Below, in pieces: positions 1 through 13,000 of a stretch of 64,000 nucleotides of DNA (positions are counted from its first letter, which is position 1; the number at the start of each line of letters is the position of its first letter). The notes beneath the pieces were generated by a model. That model worked only from the letters and a program-made list of their open reading frames with translations. It had not been told where the DNA came from and did not search any database. Location: NCBI RefSeq assembly GCF_030684315.1, contig NC_081369.1, positions 9,214,035-9,278,034 on the forward strand. The letters are read 5' to 3'. The translations under genes were made by a program, and so were the position numbers. The stretch is from Stegostoma tigrinum. Taxonomy: Eukaryota.

Positions 1-200
1 GTTGTTTCACTTCACAGGAGAGTTAGGGCCAGACAGCATAATCTCAGAATAATGGGATGTTCATTTAAATTAGGGATTTAGATGAATTTTTTCTACCAGA
101 GGGCAGCGAATCTTTGGAATTCTGTATCACAGACGATTGCTGGGGCAATGTCAAGGCTAACACAGGCAGATGATTAATCAGTAAGTGATATTGATTTTGA
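1..200 (+). mobile_element. Degenerate CR1-type LINE 3' fragment
   Basis: Resembles the ORF2 C-terminal (TRGHxLKI...RNFFxQRVV-like) region of the other CR1 copies in the window. Confidence 0.45.
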
Positions 201-327
201 ATTTATCTTCACGTGAATAAATGCAGTGAAAGGCTTTGTTTATGAGTGGTGCAGACAGATCACAGCAAGCAAAAGATTACAGATCAAAAAGATGAGAGGC
301 ATACAAATTACATTGCAGGTTACAATG

Positions 328-1030
328 TATTATTATTATTATTTGAGGTTAGAGTCCATTCAACAGTCTGATAGCAGCTGGAAAGAAGCTGTTCCTGAAC
401 TTGCTCATGCGTGTGTTCAGGCTTCGGTATCTTCTGCCCCTATGGAACAAGTTGTAGGAAGCTGTGATTAGTCTTTGATGATGTTGGCCACCTTTCTGTC
501 CACGGACGGAAGGTTGGCTTCCGTGATGGTTTGGGTTGTGCACACCACTTTCTGTAGTTTCTTATGGTCCTAGGCAGAGCAGTTGCCATACCAGGCTGTT
601 AGGCACCGAGAAAGTATGCTTTCAAAGATACATCTGTAGACGTTGGGAAGGGACCATATGGACAAGCAAAATTTCCTGAGCCACCTGGAGAAGAAGATGC
701 GTTGTTGTACATTCTTGTCTGTCGCATTTATGTGGGAAACCCAGGACAGTTCGTTGGGTTATCGTCCTCTGAGGAACTTGATGCTATTCACTCCTTCAAA
801 CTCAGTTCCGTTGATGTGGATGGAGGCGCCTTCTTCTCCTTTCTTTCCGAAATCAATGAGCTGTTCTTTAGTTTTCCTGACGGTGAGAGACAGATTGTCC
901 TCATTGCTCCACATCACCAAGCCCTCTATTTCCAGGATGTATTTTGACTCATCATTGTTGGATATCCATCCCACTACGGTGGAGTTGGCAGCAAACTTGT
1001 TGATGGCGTTTGTGGACCAAGGGCAATCGT
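328..1030 (-). mobile_element. Rex1/Babar-type non-LTR retrotransposon 3' fragment
   Basis: ORF 759..1040 (KFAANSTVVGWISNNDESKY...NLSLTVRKTKE = decayed KFADD RT region), ORF 349..543 (RYRSL...FRNSFFPAAIRLLN C-terminus) and a (TAT)n tail at ~328-342. Confidence 0.8.
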
Positions 1031-2399
1031 AACAAGACAAAAGTGAAGATGAGCATTATCGGATCAATGATGATCTAATTGATTGGCAAGCCATATTTAA
1101 TGGGCTGAATGGCCTTATTCAGCTATTATGATTTCTGATTCATAAAGTTTTGAGCTTAAAGAAAAGACAGACAATGAGCATTTCGTGAGAGAGATACCAA
1201 ATACTGGCAAAGCATGATGTAATAAAAACACTTTAGTTGCATCAACTGGAAAGAAAATCATGTTCATGAAATTCTGCAAGTAAATGTTCAACTCTTTATT
1301 GGTTCTACTTATGGAAGAGGAGAAAAATAATGTAAGATATGTGAGGTGAGAAATTAGTAGGCAATATGAAGTGGCAGATGGTAAACCGTACATTGCCTAT
1401 GCAAAGCAGTTGGCAGATGGAACATTTGCAATTTTATATCACCATCAGTGGAGGTTAATATGTAGTGTGACGCTTTGAACAAGGCCATTTTTGGTGCTTG
1501 CCACTGGCTGAAGCATGTAGGCAAACAATTCCAAATCCAAAGAAAACTCTGGAAATGTCAGGAATCGTCATGAAGCGAACTATGCATTATAAGGGACATG
1601 ACTTTGTTACCCTCCCAATATTCCATCAAAATACCTAAAGAGCAGCGGCATTGATCATACGAATATGGACATGATGGAGCTACAAAAAAAGTGCCAGGCA
1701 TGTCCAGCAGGTGGAGCTAAATGATATAAAAATGGTCAATTGGGACAATTTAAGAAATGTTACGAATTACAGTAATTTGAAAACCCCAGTGAACAAAGAT
1801 CGCAGAAAAGGAAATTTTCAGATGAATTTAAAAAATGGAATCAAGACTAGATTCAAGAAATAGCTGATACAGCTGATAAAGAAAAAGACAACTTTCCTAG
1901 GTAATGCCAAAGAGAATGAAACCGGATAATGGACCATCAACTTGAAGTCACAGTTTAATTTTAGATGATTTCGGACTGGGAACTACTTTACAATAGTTGA
2001 TGTGTGTGATAGCAAGGCAGGCTAATATAAAGCCAGCAAGATCGATAAGGTGAAAGCATAAATATAAATAACTGAACATGAATTTGTAGTCATTTCAGGG
2101 ATGTGCTTGCCATGTGACCATGTTCGTCAACTCTACATTCAATGGTATTCAACGTTCTGGAAGAATGGGCAAAATGGAAAAGGAGATAAATTAATTTTGT
2201 TCATAAAGGCCAGTAGTAGTGCGGCAGTGGCTGATGATATGGAAAAAATACATCCTGAAGTGGATTCAGTTTGAGTGAAAATAAGAAACAGTACAGAAAG
2301 AAGTCATGGTTGGGAGTTGTCTATAAGCCGCTGATTTGCCTCACGACTGGGCATTTTGAGCTGTGAGTACAGTAGACTAGATTCAATAAAGTTTTGCTT

Positions 2400-3310
2400 C
2401 ACTTGCAAGGTATGTTTGAGACTTGGATATTGGGGAGGGAGGAGATAAATGGGCAGGCATTACACCTTCTGTGATTGCACGGGAGGGTACTGTGGTAGGA
2501 TGGAGAGTGGCATTTGGAGGGAAATAGGGGATCAATGTTTCTCATAGGTAGCTGTCCCTGCGGACGACTGACAAGGGAGAGGACGGGAACATGTGCTGGC
2601 ATTATGTTGGATGCAATGGAAATGGCAGCTTACAATCCTTTGAATATGGATGCTGGAGCTCACAGTGTGGTCACCACTAAACTGCAGCGATGAAGTGCAG
2701 ACTGAGGGATTGATTTTCAGAATACTTACGTTCTGTCTGCAAAAATGATCTTGAGCTTCCTGTCACTTGCCACTTCAACACACCACCATGTTCCCTTGCC
2801 AACATCTTTGAATCAGGCTTGCTGCACTACTCCAGTGAAGGTCAGCACAAGCTGGAAGACTAACATCTCATTTCCTGCTTTGGGCCCCAGAAGACGTTAG
2901 AACTCAGTATCAACTTCAATCAACTAAGGCCTTGAGTACCTTCTCCTGGCCCTTACACCAAACTGCACAAATCAGGCCCTGTCTTCACATGGGCTGCTAC
3001 CATAAACAATCCATTGCAAGCTGCCATTGGCCGACATCAACATCTATTGTTTCTCCCAGGCTGAAAGTTGGCCATCCGCCTGTCTGCTCAGTTTCTGTTC
3101 TCTCTCTATTTGGGCTCCACCTGCACCGATTGTTTATTCCTATCCTCTCCCGCTACCTCATCTCCAGCATGTATATCAACCTTTTCCAAGATACAACCAA
3201 TGTTGAAGAAGGGTCACTGGTCCTAAAACATTAACACTGTTTTATCAGTAGCTGCTGCTAGACCTGCTGATTTTCTTCCCAGAAATTTCTGTTTCTGCTT
3301 TTGAAATCCA
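2400..3310. mobile_element. Penelope-like element fragments (GIY-YIG-adjacent region on - and +, plus terminal repeat)
   Basis: ORF 2399..2602 (PCNHRRCNACPF) on -. The 2755-2930 segment resembles the GIY-YIG C-terminus at 9990-10180; tail at 3200-3310. Confidence 0.6.
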
Positions 3311-4249
3311 TCATCTACCATTGGCATTACGTAATCGTTTCAGTTTCTAATTTAACTCCCAACTCTTCAAAATATTTCACATAAATATTCTTTCTAGACC
3401 TACTAATGTCATGCTACTAAAATGGATGATAGTAACTGGATCTGTTCCCTCGCTTTCTGAGTTCTGTTCGACCTGGGAAGAGATGTCCTTCACACTGACG
3501 TCAGGTCAACAACGCAGCCTTCAGGACTCCTGCTTTTGATGCTGAGAACAGTATCTATTCATTTAATTATATTGTCCTCCCATTGCTATCCTTTTTGCCT
3601 TCTCTCAATTGAAAGATTCCCTGTAACAAAGTGCTGTAGTCAGCCACTCATCCTGCAACAACTCAAGCGTCTCTTAAAGGAAAGATAACCTGGTTTCCTT
3701 TTGGGTTGAAGTGGCTTACTGCAGAGGACTGAAGCAAAGTTTCATCTCTGCTGATTTCTCTTCTAGTCTGAATAGTTTCTGTATGTCCCAATCAGTTGCA
3801 TTAACTGGCAATCAATCACCTCGTGCTTTTCAGAGAAACGATATTTGTCATTGATAATTTATCCCTAGTCCACAAATCTTGAACTTCACGCATAGACAGT
3901 GTCTCAGCACCAATTCCTCAGCACATTGATGGAACATACAGCTATATAGAAATACATTCACACGGCATTCAAATTCCTTACTTCCAAAGATACGGTAATT
4001 CTTGTAAATCCCTGAAGTTTCAAAAGCATTTCACATTTTACACTGCATGACTAAAGAAAACGCAAACTGAAAGGACACTGTCTTCCAACTATATATAAAT
4101 CACATGAGCCACAGCAGTTCAAGAAGGCAGCTCCCCACAACATTCTCAAGGGCAAGTAGCTTGGTGAATGAAGATTGGTCCAACAAGTGATGTCCAGATC
4201 CCTTGAGTGAATATAATTATGAATATTATATCTTTGTTAATGATTGCAG

Positions 4250-5110
4250 GTGTGATAAGAGTGTAATGTATCCAAATTTGTTGATAACACAAAAATAGAT
4301 GGAGAGCATTTTGTCGAGGTCAGAAGGAATTTTAAATGGGACCCAAATAACTTGAGTGTGAGAGCACATATTTGGCCAATCAAATATAATGCACGAAATT
4401 GTGAAGTTATGTATTTTGTTGGGAAGATTCAAAAGACAGTCTGTTATACAAATGAAGAGTGACCCCCAGAAAACAAATGAAACAGTGAAGTATCTGGGTG
4501 TACTTGTGCATGAAACATAAATGCAAACAAAAAAAAGTACGCAGGTGAACTGAATAATTCTAGACTTTATTGCCAAGAAATTGGATTGCAAGCTTAGTAA
4601 TTGTTAGAACTGTACAGGATGCAGGTGAGCTGAACCTGAAATATTACTTTCTATTTTGCTCCCAATGTTAAACAAAGGATAGATTGGTGTCAGAGGTACT
4701 TTAAAAGAGATTCACGAGGCTGATTCTTGGGTGGAAGATTTGTCATATGCAAAATAGCTTAACAGCTTAGTGCTTTATCGTTAAATTTTAGAAGACGAGG
4801 AATAAACATTAAAAACTAAAATACTTTAATGAAGGGCGATGGGGAAGATGTTGAGGCTATATTTTCACTATTTGGATCTCAAACTAGGTGCCCTAGCTAC
4901 AGAAAAATTGGACATTCAGTTAGAGCAGGAATGCAAAGGGATCATTTCTTGCAGAGCTCAGTGAGTCCCTGGAATTCTCCATCTTAGAGACTTGTGATAG
5001 TTTGATCACTTAAAGTGTTCAGACAGGAGGTAGATGGATTATTAAAATATCAGTGAGTTGAACACAATGCGCAGTGGACAGGGAAGGCAGTTGAGTACAC
5101 GGGAAGAACA
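4250..5110 (+). mobile_element. Old degenerate CR1-type LINE (RT to 3' end)
   Basis: Colinear similarity to the CR1 copies at 18012-19050 and 62097-64000 (KFADD region, LYRxLVRPHLEYC region, TRG). Confidence 0.6.
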
Positions 5111-6779
5111 GGCACCTTAATGTGTGGTTGGGGAGGTTTGAGGGAAGGATAACATACTCCAGCTCAGTTTTCGAATGTTCCAAGAACCAGGTGGAATCGG
5201 TCTTCAGGCGCGTGTTTAAATCACCATGAACCTTGGACATAGAAGACAAAAGTTAGTGAAACAACATAGATACTGAGGAAATTAAAATACCTAATTGTTT
5301 TGCATAAAAGCTTGGGTTAGGTTAGATCTCGGAAAAAATAATGGGAACAAAACGGATATTGGATAAAATGCTGGTAAGTGTGTAAAAAGTTATTTAAAGA
5401 TTTAGGAAAATCGAAACTAAAGTATCACACTACTGGGCAAAATATTCCAATCCACCTGCTTGCCGAGAACTAAACACAAGTTTTCTGAACAGGATAATGT
5501 GTGCTCCGAACAAATTTTAATCAATCCTTTCAGACACAAAGCTACACACCAGTGGAGCAGGTGAGCCATTAATCCCGGCTTCCTGGATCAGAGTTAGGGG
5601 CACGACTACTGCACCAGCAGATCCCTACAGCATCTCCTCCACTGCACCTAGGAAAATTGCTTCACTTGCCTTTGTACGTCCAAAATTTAGCGAATATTTC
5701 GAATAGTGGATTTTCCAAAGGACAGTCACCGTTCGTTTGGATGCCACTTCTCAACAGGAAAGCATATAGGTTGCGCCCTCAACTTGCAACATACAACAGC
5801 ATTTTGTTTTCCCTTTTCAGTCAAATTTTGTTACACGTCTCCAACCAAGGCAATGTTCTTTCTGCTCAGTTTTCATTCGGTTCAAAGGCGCAAGTCTACT
5901 CTGCATGTGTTCGGCCGTGGTTGGTAATATAATCGCCCATTTGTGCACAGATGGGTAAAAGTAACGGTATCGGTAGAGCAAATGATTAATGAATTAGACC
6001 TAATTCCATGGCGTTACAGATATGATCATATTATACAAAGGCAACGAATTTCTGCTGCAGGTTTAACAAACGTGGTTCAGACTTAACTGGTGAATTGCTC
6101 ATATTTCTGAGCCAGGACAGTTTGAATGCATTTCGGAGTAGAGCTGAAACAGTTTGTAAGACTGATAAAAAAATTGAAATTCATAGCTTTTTTTGGGATA
6201 ATTATAATTCAAAGATCAAATTGCACTCAATAGATTATTTTAGAAGTGCATTCATCGTCACTAAAAATAAACGAAGCAGCCAAGATGCACTGCCAAAATC
6301 TGCAAACAGCGATCCTCTAAAAAAGACGAGGAATCTCCGTTTTCATGCTGATTGAAAGATAATTATTGGCGAGACCTCCAACAATCCCACAGCGCTTCTT
6401 TGGAAAAAAAACCCCGAAACTCTATGGATTACTTAACATCCATTCGAGTATGCAAAATGGCTTTTGTTTAATGTCACATAGGGACATTTGGGTCGAGCAA
6501 GATGAGAGTTGATTTATGCACTTGTTCAAATCATGAGAGTCCAGAAGGGAATGCATAATGGCCCATTGACCCCCTGAACTACAGTTCAAAGAACCAGAGC
6601 GTACGAAAGCCACGTCACCAAAAATTGTGGTCTAGATGGGAGAGTGACAGAGACAGACAAACCCATGTTTAGAATGAATAAGGATAGCAGTATTAGTTAA
6701 CTCTGCATTTGAAAATCAAATGCCTTTTGCTAATTTTCGCATTGCTTGGTACACATGATTTTAGATGTGACATGCACAC

Positions 6780-7012
6780 AGACATTGCAAAGTAACATTG
6801 ACCACACGAGACTCAAACTTCCAACCGCACTCAAGCGATGTTAACGTCATTGCCACGTCCCTGATAGAAAACAAACTAGAAAGCCGTCTAAGCAGTTCCG
6901 AAACGTAAGCTTTTGTGCTCCGTGGATGCTGCTTGGCCTGCTGTGTTCCTCCAGCTCCACACCTTGTTAACTCACCAGTTACGAAAGCGCGGAGCTGCTC
7001 AGCGCGATCATA
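6780..7012 (+). promoter_or_regulatory. Putative lymphoid-type proximal promoter of gene 1
   Basis: RUNX sites GACCACA (6800-6806) and AACCGCA (6823-6829), the latter directly adjacent to ETS ACTTCC (6817-6822). CRE half-site ACGTCA ~6844, GATA TGATAG ~6862, CpG-retaining. A small repeat-tail fragment sits at ~6900-6970. Confidence 0.45.
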
Positions 7013-7067
7013 ATGTCAGCGAGGATGATTTTTTTCTGCCTGACTCTACTCGAGTTTATTCTTGCTG
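7013..7067 (+). CDS. Gene 1 exon 1, signal peptide MSARMIFFCLTLLEFILA
   Basis: ATG at 7013 with A at -3, hydrophobic 18-aa leader, phase-1 donor G|GTAATT at 7068, 163-nt intron to the V exon. Confidence 0.85.
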
Positions 7068-10000
7068 GTAATTGCTTTTTTTTTGATTCACGAAACTGTT
7101 TTAATTAATTAAAGATTTTTGAAGCAGCTCTTCGTTCCATTAATTAATTCATCTATCTGGTTAAGAACTTAACTCTTCTATCTTTATGCCGAATACGACA
7201 GTTAACTATGTTTTATTTTGTTTCTGACAGCTGCGGACCACACTTGGTTGAGGGTGACTCAAACGTCTAAAGAAGCAGCTGCGAACAGACGGGAAGACAT
7301 TACCTTCTACTGTACATTCTCCATTTGTCAGCAAAGTTCAAAGCCAAATGTAATTTGGTGGAAGCAGGTTGGGAATGAACGTGTTCAGATTGAAGCCAGT
7401 GGTAGAAAACAATTTGGATTTGAAAATGAAGCAATAGCGTTCCTTAGCTTGCTGCGCGTTGATATCCAAGATTCTGGAGTTTATCACTGCACGGTGAATT
7501 ACCAAGGAATCGGTCAAAGAAGCGGAACCGGATCCCAGCTATTTGTGCGTGGTAAGTGAGAGCGACACTGTCTGAAATAATTTGAAATAACAAGATACCT
7601 TCTGATTCCTCATTTCATCAACATTGACACTCAAATCATGTCCGGCGATCATTTACGCAGGGATCTATCCTCGATATTTCTGTTCCCTTGGAAAAAAAAG
7701 TAAAATTAGACAATCAATATCACAGGTAGAAAATTGCAACGTTTATAAATATTAACAATTTACACTATAATTCTAAAGACATCCTATGCACTATGTGCAT
7801 TTTTCCGACATACAAAACTTACGATGTACATAGGCGACAAGAAACCGTTATGTCAGTACGATTCGACAACAGCTTTCAGTCCCTGGTATGTTATTGATGT
7901 CCTGACTACCCTCAATTATTCTTTCTGAGATTTGAAGACTCCAGAAATTAATTCTCACGTTAATTTCACGTCATAATTTGAAAATCAGCAGGACCTTATT
8001 TCATGAAGGAACCTCTGCAAATGAAATGCAGTTTGACAGATACAAGTAGGTAGAATCACTGACCTAGAATAAATAAAACAATACAGAGAATCTGTAGCTC
8101 CTGAGGTTCAACGGATTCATTGTGTTTTGTCAATTGAAATGCCTTGTTTTTGAAATCCGACTGATACAGTGATCTTGGCGTAATCGGCAATCTGCAACTT
8201 CACCGCCATTATGCACTTGAGCTTAAAAAAAACACCAGGGCAGACGAGCACAATTTGTTTTGTTCCTTTCTTGTGCGCTAGCTCAATTTAATTAATTTAT
8301 TCAAGTATGTGACATAAGCATTGCTAAGCATTTTGTAGTTTTGTTCTGCCGAGGAAGGCCAAGTCTTGGATTTGATAATTCAAGTAAAAGTGGATAAAAG
8401 CCGCTGCCTGGAGAGCTATTTGTTTAATTAACTGAATGTTTGTACATAAAATTAAGTTGAGAAGAAACTGCACTTCTGAGCATTGTAATTATAGGAAAGC
8501 ATAGCGTCTGTAAATCAGCCTCAAATTTAACAATTTCTGATTTGTTCCAGTAACTTGGCTTTGTTCAATCTCTGCTTGCAGTTGCTCCAGTCCCACTGAA
8601 AATTACGCCCAAGTTTCACGAAGAAAATTCACTTGTGTCTTTGACCCTTCTGTGTGAAACAGCTGCATTTCATCCGGAGGATTTCACCCTCGCCTGGTAT
8701 AAAAACGGGACGAAAACTACAGTCGGTATAAATACGAGCAAGGTGCAGAACAGTGAGGGACTGTATGAAGTATCCAGTTCTTTGGTTGATCCTCATCCTC
8801 CCTCAAGTAATCTCAAGTATACCTGTGAAATATCTCACATCTCCCTCAAGACGCCTGCTGTTGTAACCCACAGTATTTCCACATTTGGCGGATTCCAAAA
8901 AGGCGAGTTAGTTGCTGTCAGTTTTGTTACGAAATGCATCGTAGAATAGTGCAACGTGTGGGCCTAATCCGCAGTGGTTTCATGGAGATGTATTTAAATG
9001 TATTATACTAAGTTGACATCTCTGTTGTAAGAGCATCAAAACTTATTTGGTATTCTATTTCTTTGACTTTTGAAACAGTAATTATGTTCAGAATTGAGCT
9101 GATCTATCCATTTGTTTCTTCCCATCATTTTGTCCACGTTCACCTTCTTTGCCCAAGCTATGCCTACCTCTTTGTAGGTTACGTGGCACAATCCCTCTTC
9201 TGTACCTACACTGGTCCTAAACATCACTTTTTCCTCTGTTACATTGATGACTGCATTGCCATCTCCTTGTGCTCCCATGAGGAGCTCGAGCAGTTCATCC
9301 ACTTCACCCACAGACTCCCACAGCGACCTAGAATACACCTCCTCCCTGCAAAATACCCACCTTCCTGCAAAAATGCCATTCCCTCCTCCCAATTCCTTTG
9401 TCTCTGCCACATCTGCTCCGAGGATGAGGCATGATGATGACGAGGATGATGTCCTCATTTTTCAAGGACCGCAACTTCCCTGCTCAATGGTTGAGAATGC
9501 CCTCGACGGTGTCTCCCGCATTTCCCACAACTCATCCCTCACACATCCTCCCTGCAAAAACAACCAAAACAGAATCCCCCTCATCCTCATGTACCACCCC
9601 ACCAACCTCCTGATCCAATGCATCATCTTCCGACACTTCCGCCATCTGCAATCCGACCCCACCCTTAAAGACGTTTTTCCCACCCTCATCTGCTTTTTGG
9701 AGGGACCACTCTCTCCATGAATCCCTCGTCCGCTCCACACTCCCCTCCAGCGCTACCACACCGACACTTTTCCCTGCAACCACAGGAAGTGCTACACCTG
9801 CCCCTACACCTCCCCCTTCACCCTCATCTCAGGTCCCAAGAAGACTATCCACATCAAGCAGATGTTCACCTGCACATCTGCTAATGTGGTATGCTGATCC
9901 ACTGTTCCTGTTGTTGCCTCATCTACATCGGGGAAACCACGCGGAGGCTTGGGGGCCACTTTGCAGAACACCTATTCTCAGTTCGCACTAAACAACTGCA

Positions 10001-13000
10001 CCTCCCAGTTGCGAATCTTTTCAACTTCCACTCCCGTTCTGCAGGTGACATGCCCATCCTGGGCCTCCTGCAGTGCCGCAACGATGCTACCTGAAGGTTG
10101 CAGGAACAGCGTCCTATATTTCACTTGGGAACCCTGCAGCCCAATGGTATCAATGTGGACTTCACAGGCTTCAAAATCTCCCTCCCCCACTGCATCCCCA
10201 AACCAGTCACTTTCTGGATTACCCCAATCCAGAACTTGAAGTGGACAGTTGAGGAAATGCTTGTGATATCATTCCTCTAAATTTAAGAAAGCATAATTAG
10301 TAAGTAAGAAAGCTCAAGAACAACAGTATTTTGATTCATGGGGAATTGACTTATCTCATATTCCTACCTTTCCGAAACAGTCCTTTGTGTTCCATAAATT
10401 GACAATCTATTCCAGAGATTGATTCAGAATTTGCCATGTTGGATCAAGAATTCACTTCGATATTTAACAGAAATAATCTTTGGCAGTTCAGCTTTTTCAT
10501 TGTCCTTGAATAGCGCTGTGCAGTTGAAAATATCATCACATTTTAAGCAAAGATCTAAAGTGACAATATTTTTAATTTAATGATCACATGCAAATAATGT
10601 CTTCTTTATCCTGCAGACAGTATCAACAATTCACTGGTCATCTGGTCTTCAGTTCGTTATGTGATTTTCTCGGCGCTTGTTGTAATTCTGTTCGTGTTTG
10701 GGACTGCAAAGTACTTGAGGATATCAGAAGTAAGGTCTACTATCAAAGCCTGCTTTTCGCACAGGGCCTGGGTTAATTTGCCATTTCTGGAAAACAAGCA
10801 GGATACTTATTAGGGATAATTCGAATTGGTTGAAGACTGAAAAATGCAATCATTTTGTTCTTTTTTCCCCCGCAAACGTGGATTGCTCCAAAGCCACTTA
10901 AAAACACAAGAAGGTTCTTGGAAACATGAGTGAACCATTCAGCCCCTTTGGGCCTGTTCTGCCATTCAAAGAGATCATGGCTGATGAATGGCTTAACTCT
11001 ATATCCTTGTCCCTAAATACTTTGCTTAACAAAAATAAATCGATCCCAGATTTAAAATTAAAATTAACTTCTATTTGTTGAAAAGTCTTGCAAACATGTG
11101 CATAGAAGAGCTTCCTCACATCTTTCTTGAATGATCTTGTTGCAAGTTTTAGAGTATGACCACCAGTTCTAGAATCCACAACCAGCAGAAGTAGTATATG
11201 TTACTGACAAAGTGTGAAGAGGGTCTTCGGTCCGCCTCCTCCTCTCTCCCTATTTATTTCAGAACCCTCACCCTATCCCCCTCTCTGACGAAGGGTCTAG
11301 GCCCGAAACATCAGCTTTTGTGCTCCTGAGATGCTGCTTGGCCTGCTGTGCTCATCCAGCTTCACACTTTGTTATTTGGATTCTCCAGCATCTGCAGTTC
11401 CCATTATCACTGATACTATATTACTGACACTCTCTTTTGCTGTTAATGTCGTAAAGCCTTCAATTAGATCATCTCTCAACCTTCTAAATTAGAGAGAAAA
11501 TAGTCTTAGTTTGTATAATCCCTCCATGTAATTAAATCCCTAAAGTCCACAATTATCATTCTGGTAATTGTACATCATACTCCTTCCAAGGTCAATGCAC
11601 CTTTCCTGTGGTATGCTGCTCAGAACCGTTCACAGCTCATCAAAATGTTTTCAAATGTAAACAATGCTCACATGTGTTAATTTCCAAAGGCACATTTCAG
11701 TTTTCAACATGAGAAATGAAATTTATCACAATAAATATGAAATAGGTAATTCGATGCTTCTGTCAAGTAATGATTGCTCCTTGAACGAATGGAGGATTAA
11801 TAGCAGATTCTGATGTTGCAACCGTCTGATCTCTGCGAGCAACATAATCAAATGTATTCTGCCTCAACGGAACATTCACATCCTTTCTCTAATACTTTGA
11901 TTCAGAAAAATGCGCTCATTTTCTGCATGGAAACTGAGTCAATATTTTCATCACTCAATGCAATTATATTTCATTGGTTTGCAGGTAAAGAAGAATGCAC
12001 AAGGCAATCAGACTGCCATGTCAATGTGGTAAGTTCATATCATCATCATGCTTGGAGTTTGAAATGTCTGGATCAATGGCAATAATGGAAGAAATATACA
12101 TTAATAATGACAGAACATTTTATATCTATTTATTGAAAGACTATTCATCTGGTATGTGTGTGTTTCAGAGCCAGGTTTGAAGCGCAATTTGTACAACTTG
12201 TATTACTGATGAAGGTTGGCAAGTGGATCTTCTTTAAAAAAAACCGTAATCATATCTTTGAGAATGTTGCAAGGTTGAGTCACGTTTTAGGGTTGAGAAC
12301 AAATTTACTGTCTAAACCCATTGCATCTAACACTTAACATTATGTTTCAGCATGAATATGAGGAAGTTTGAATTGTTGCATTGAACACTGAGATTAACAT
12401 TGTCTTCATGCGTATATATCTATAATATGGATTCTGTAAGGGATGTCGAGTCTTGGTTAAATATGCTTAGTCCTTGATGTAGAAAATCTTCGAGACAATG
12501 AAAAGGACACTTATTGAAGTGTTGTTCTTGTCCTCACAGGAAGCCATGGCGGAGGTTTCCTGCAATAGACTTAGGCAAAAACAGGAGAACTCCTAGACAT
12601 ACGTTTGAAATAGAGAAAAACATGCCTATTGAGGTAGGGCGGAGTGGGAGAACACAAAATCAGGATAAAATTGTGATTCAAGATAATAAAATGTGAGGCT
12701 GGATGAACACAGCAGGCCAAGCAGCATCTCAGGAGCACAAAAGCTAATAAAATGTGAGGCTGGATGAACACAGCAGGCCAAGCAGCATCTCAGGAGCACA
12801 AAAGCTACTTGGCCTGCTGTGTTCGTCCAGCCTCACATTTTATTATCTTGGATTCTCCAGCATCTGCAGTTCCCATTATCTCTAAAATTGTGATTCAGCC
12901 TGACAATGAAGGCATTTGCTTCTATGGACATTAGCCAAATGTCATTTTGAAGCCTATTTTTGTGTCCTTCTGATTAGTGCTTTGCAGAAAGTTTATAAAA

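Noticed and set aside
5821-5923. Exon-like segment (TTTTCAG|...G|GTAATA) upstream of gene 1
   Set aside because: No recognisable coding content; could be a 5' UTR exon but cannot be supported without transcripts.
7566-7599. RSS-like CACTGTC ... ACAAGATAC after the gene 1 V exon
   Set aside because: The spacer is 17-18 nt (not 12 or 23), the heptamer is only 5/7, and it lies in the intron after an already joined J strand.
12681-12810. Tandem repeats as a CRISPR-like array
   Set aside because: Eukaryotic DNA; only two units, no spacers, and the sequence is a retroelement tail.
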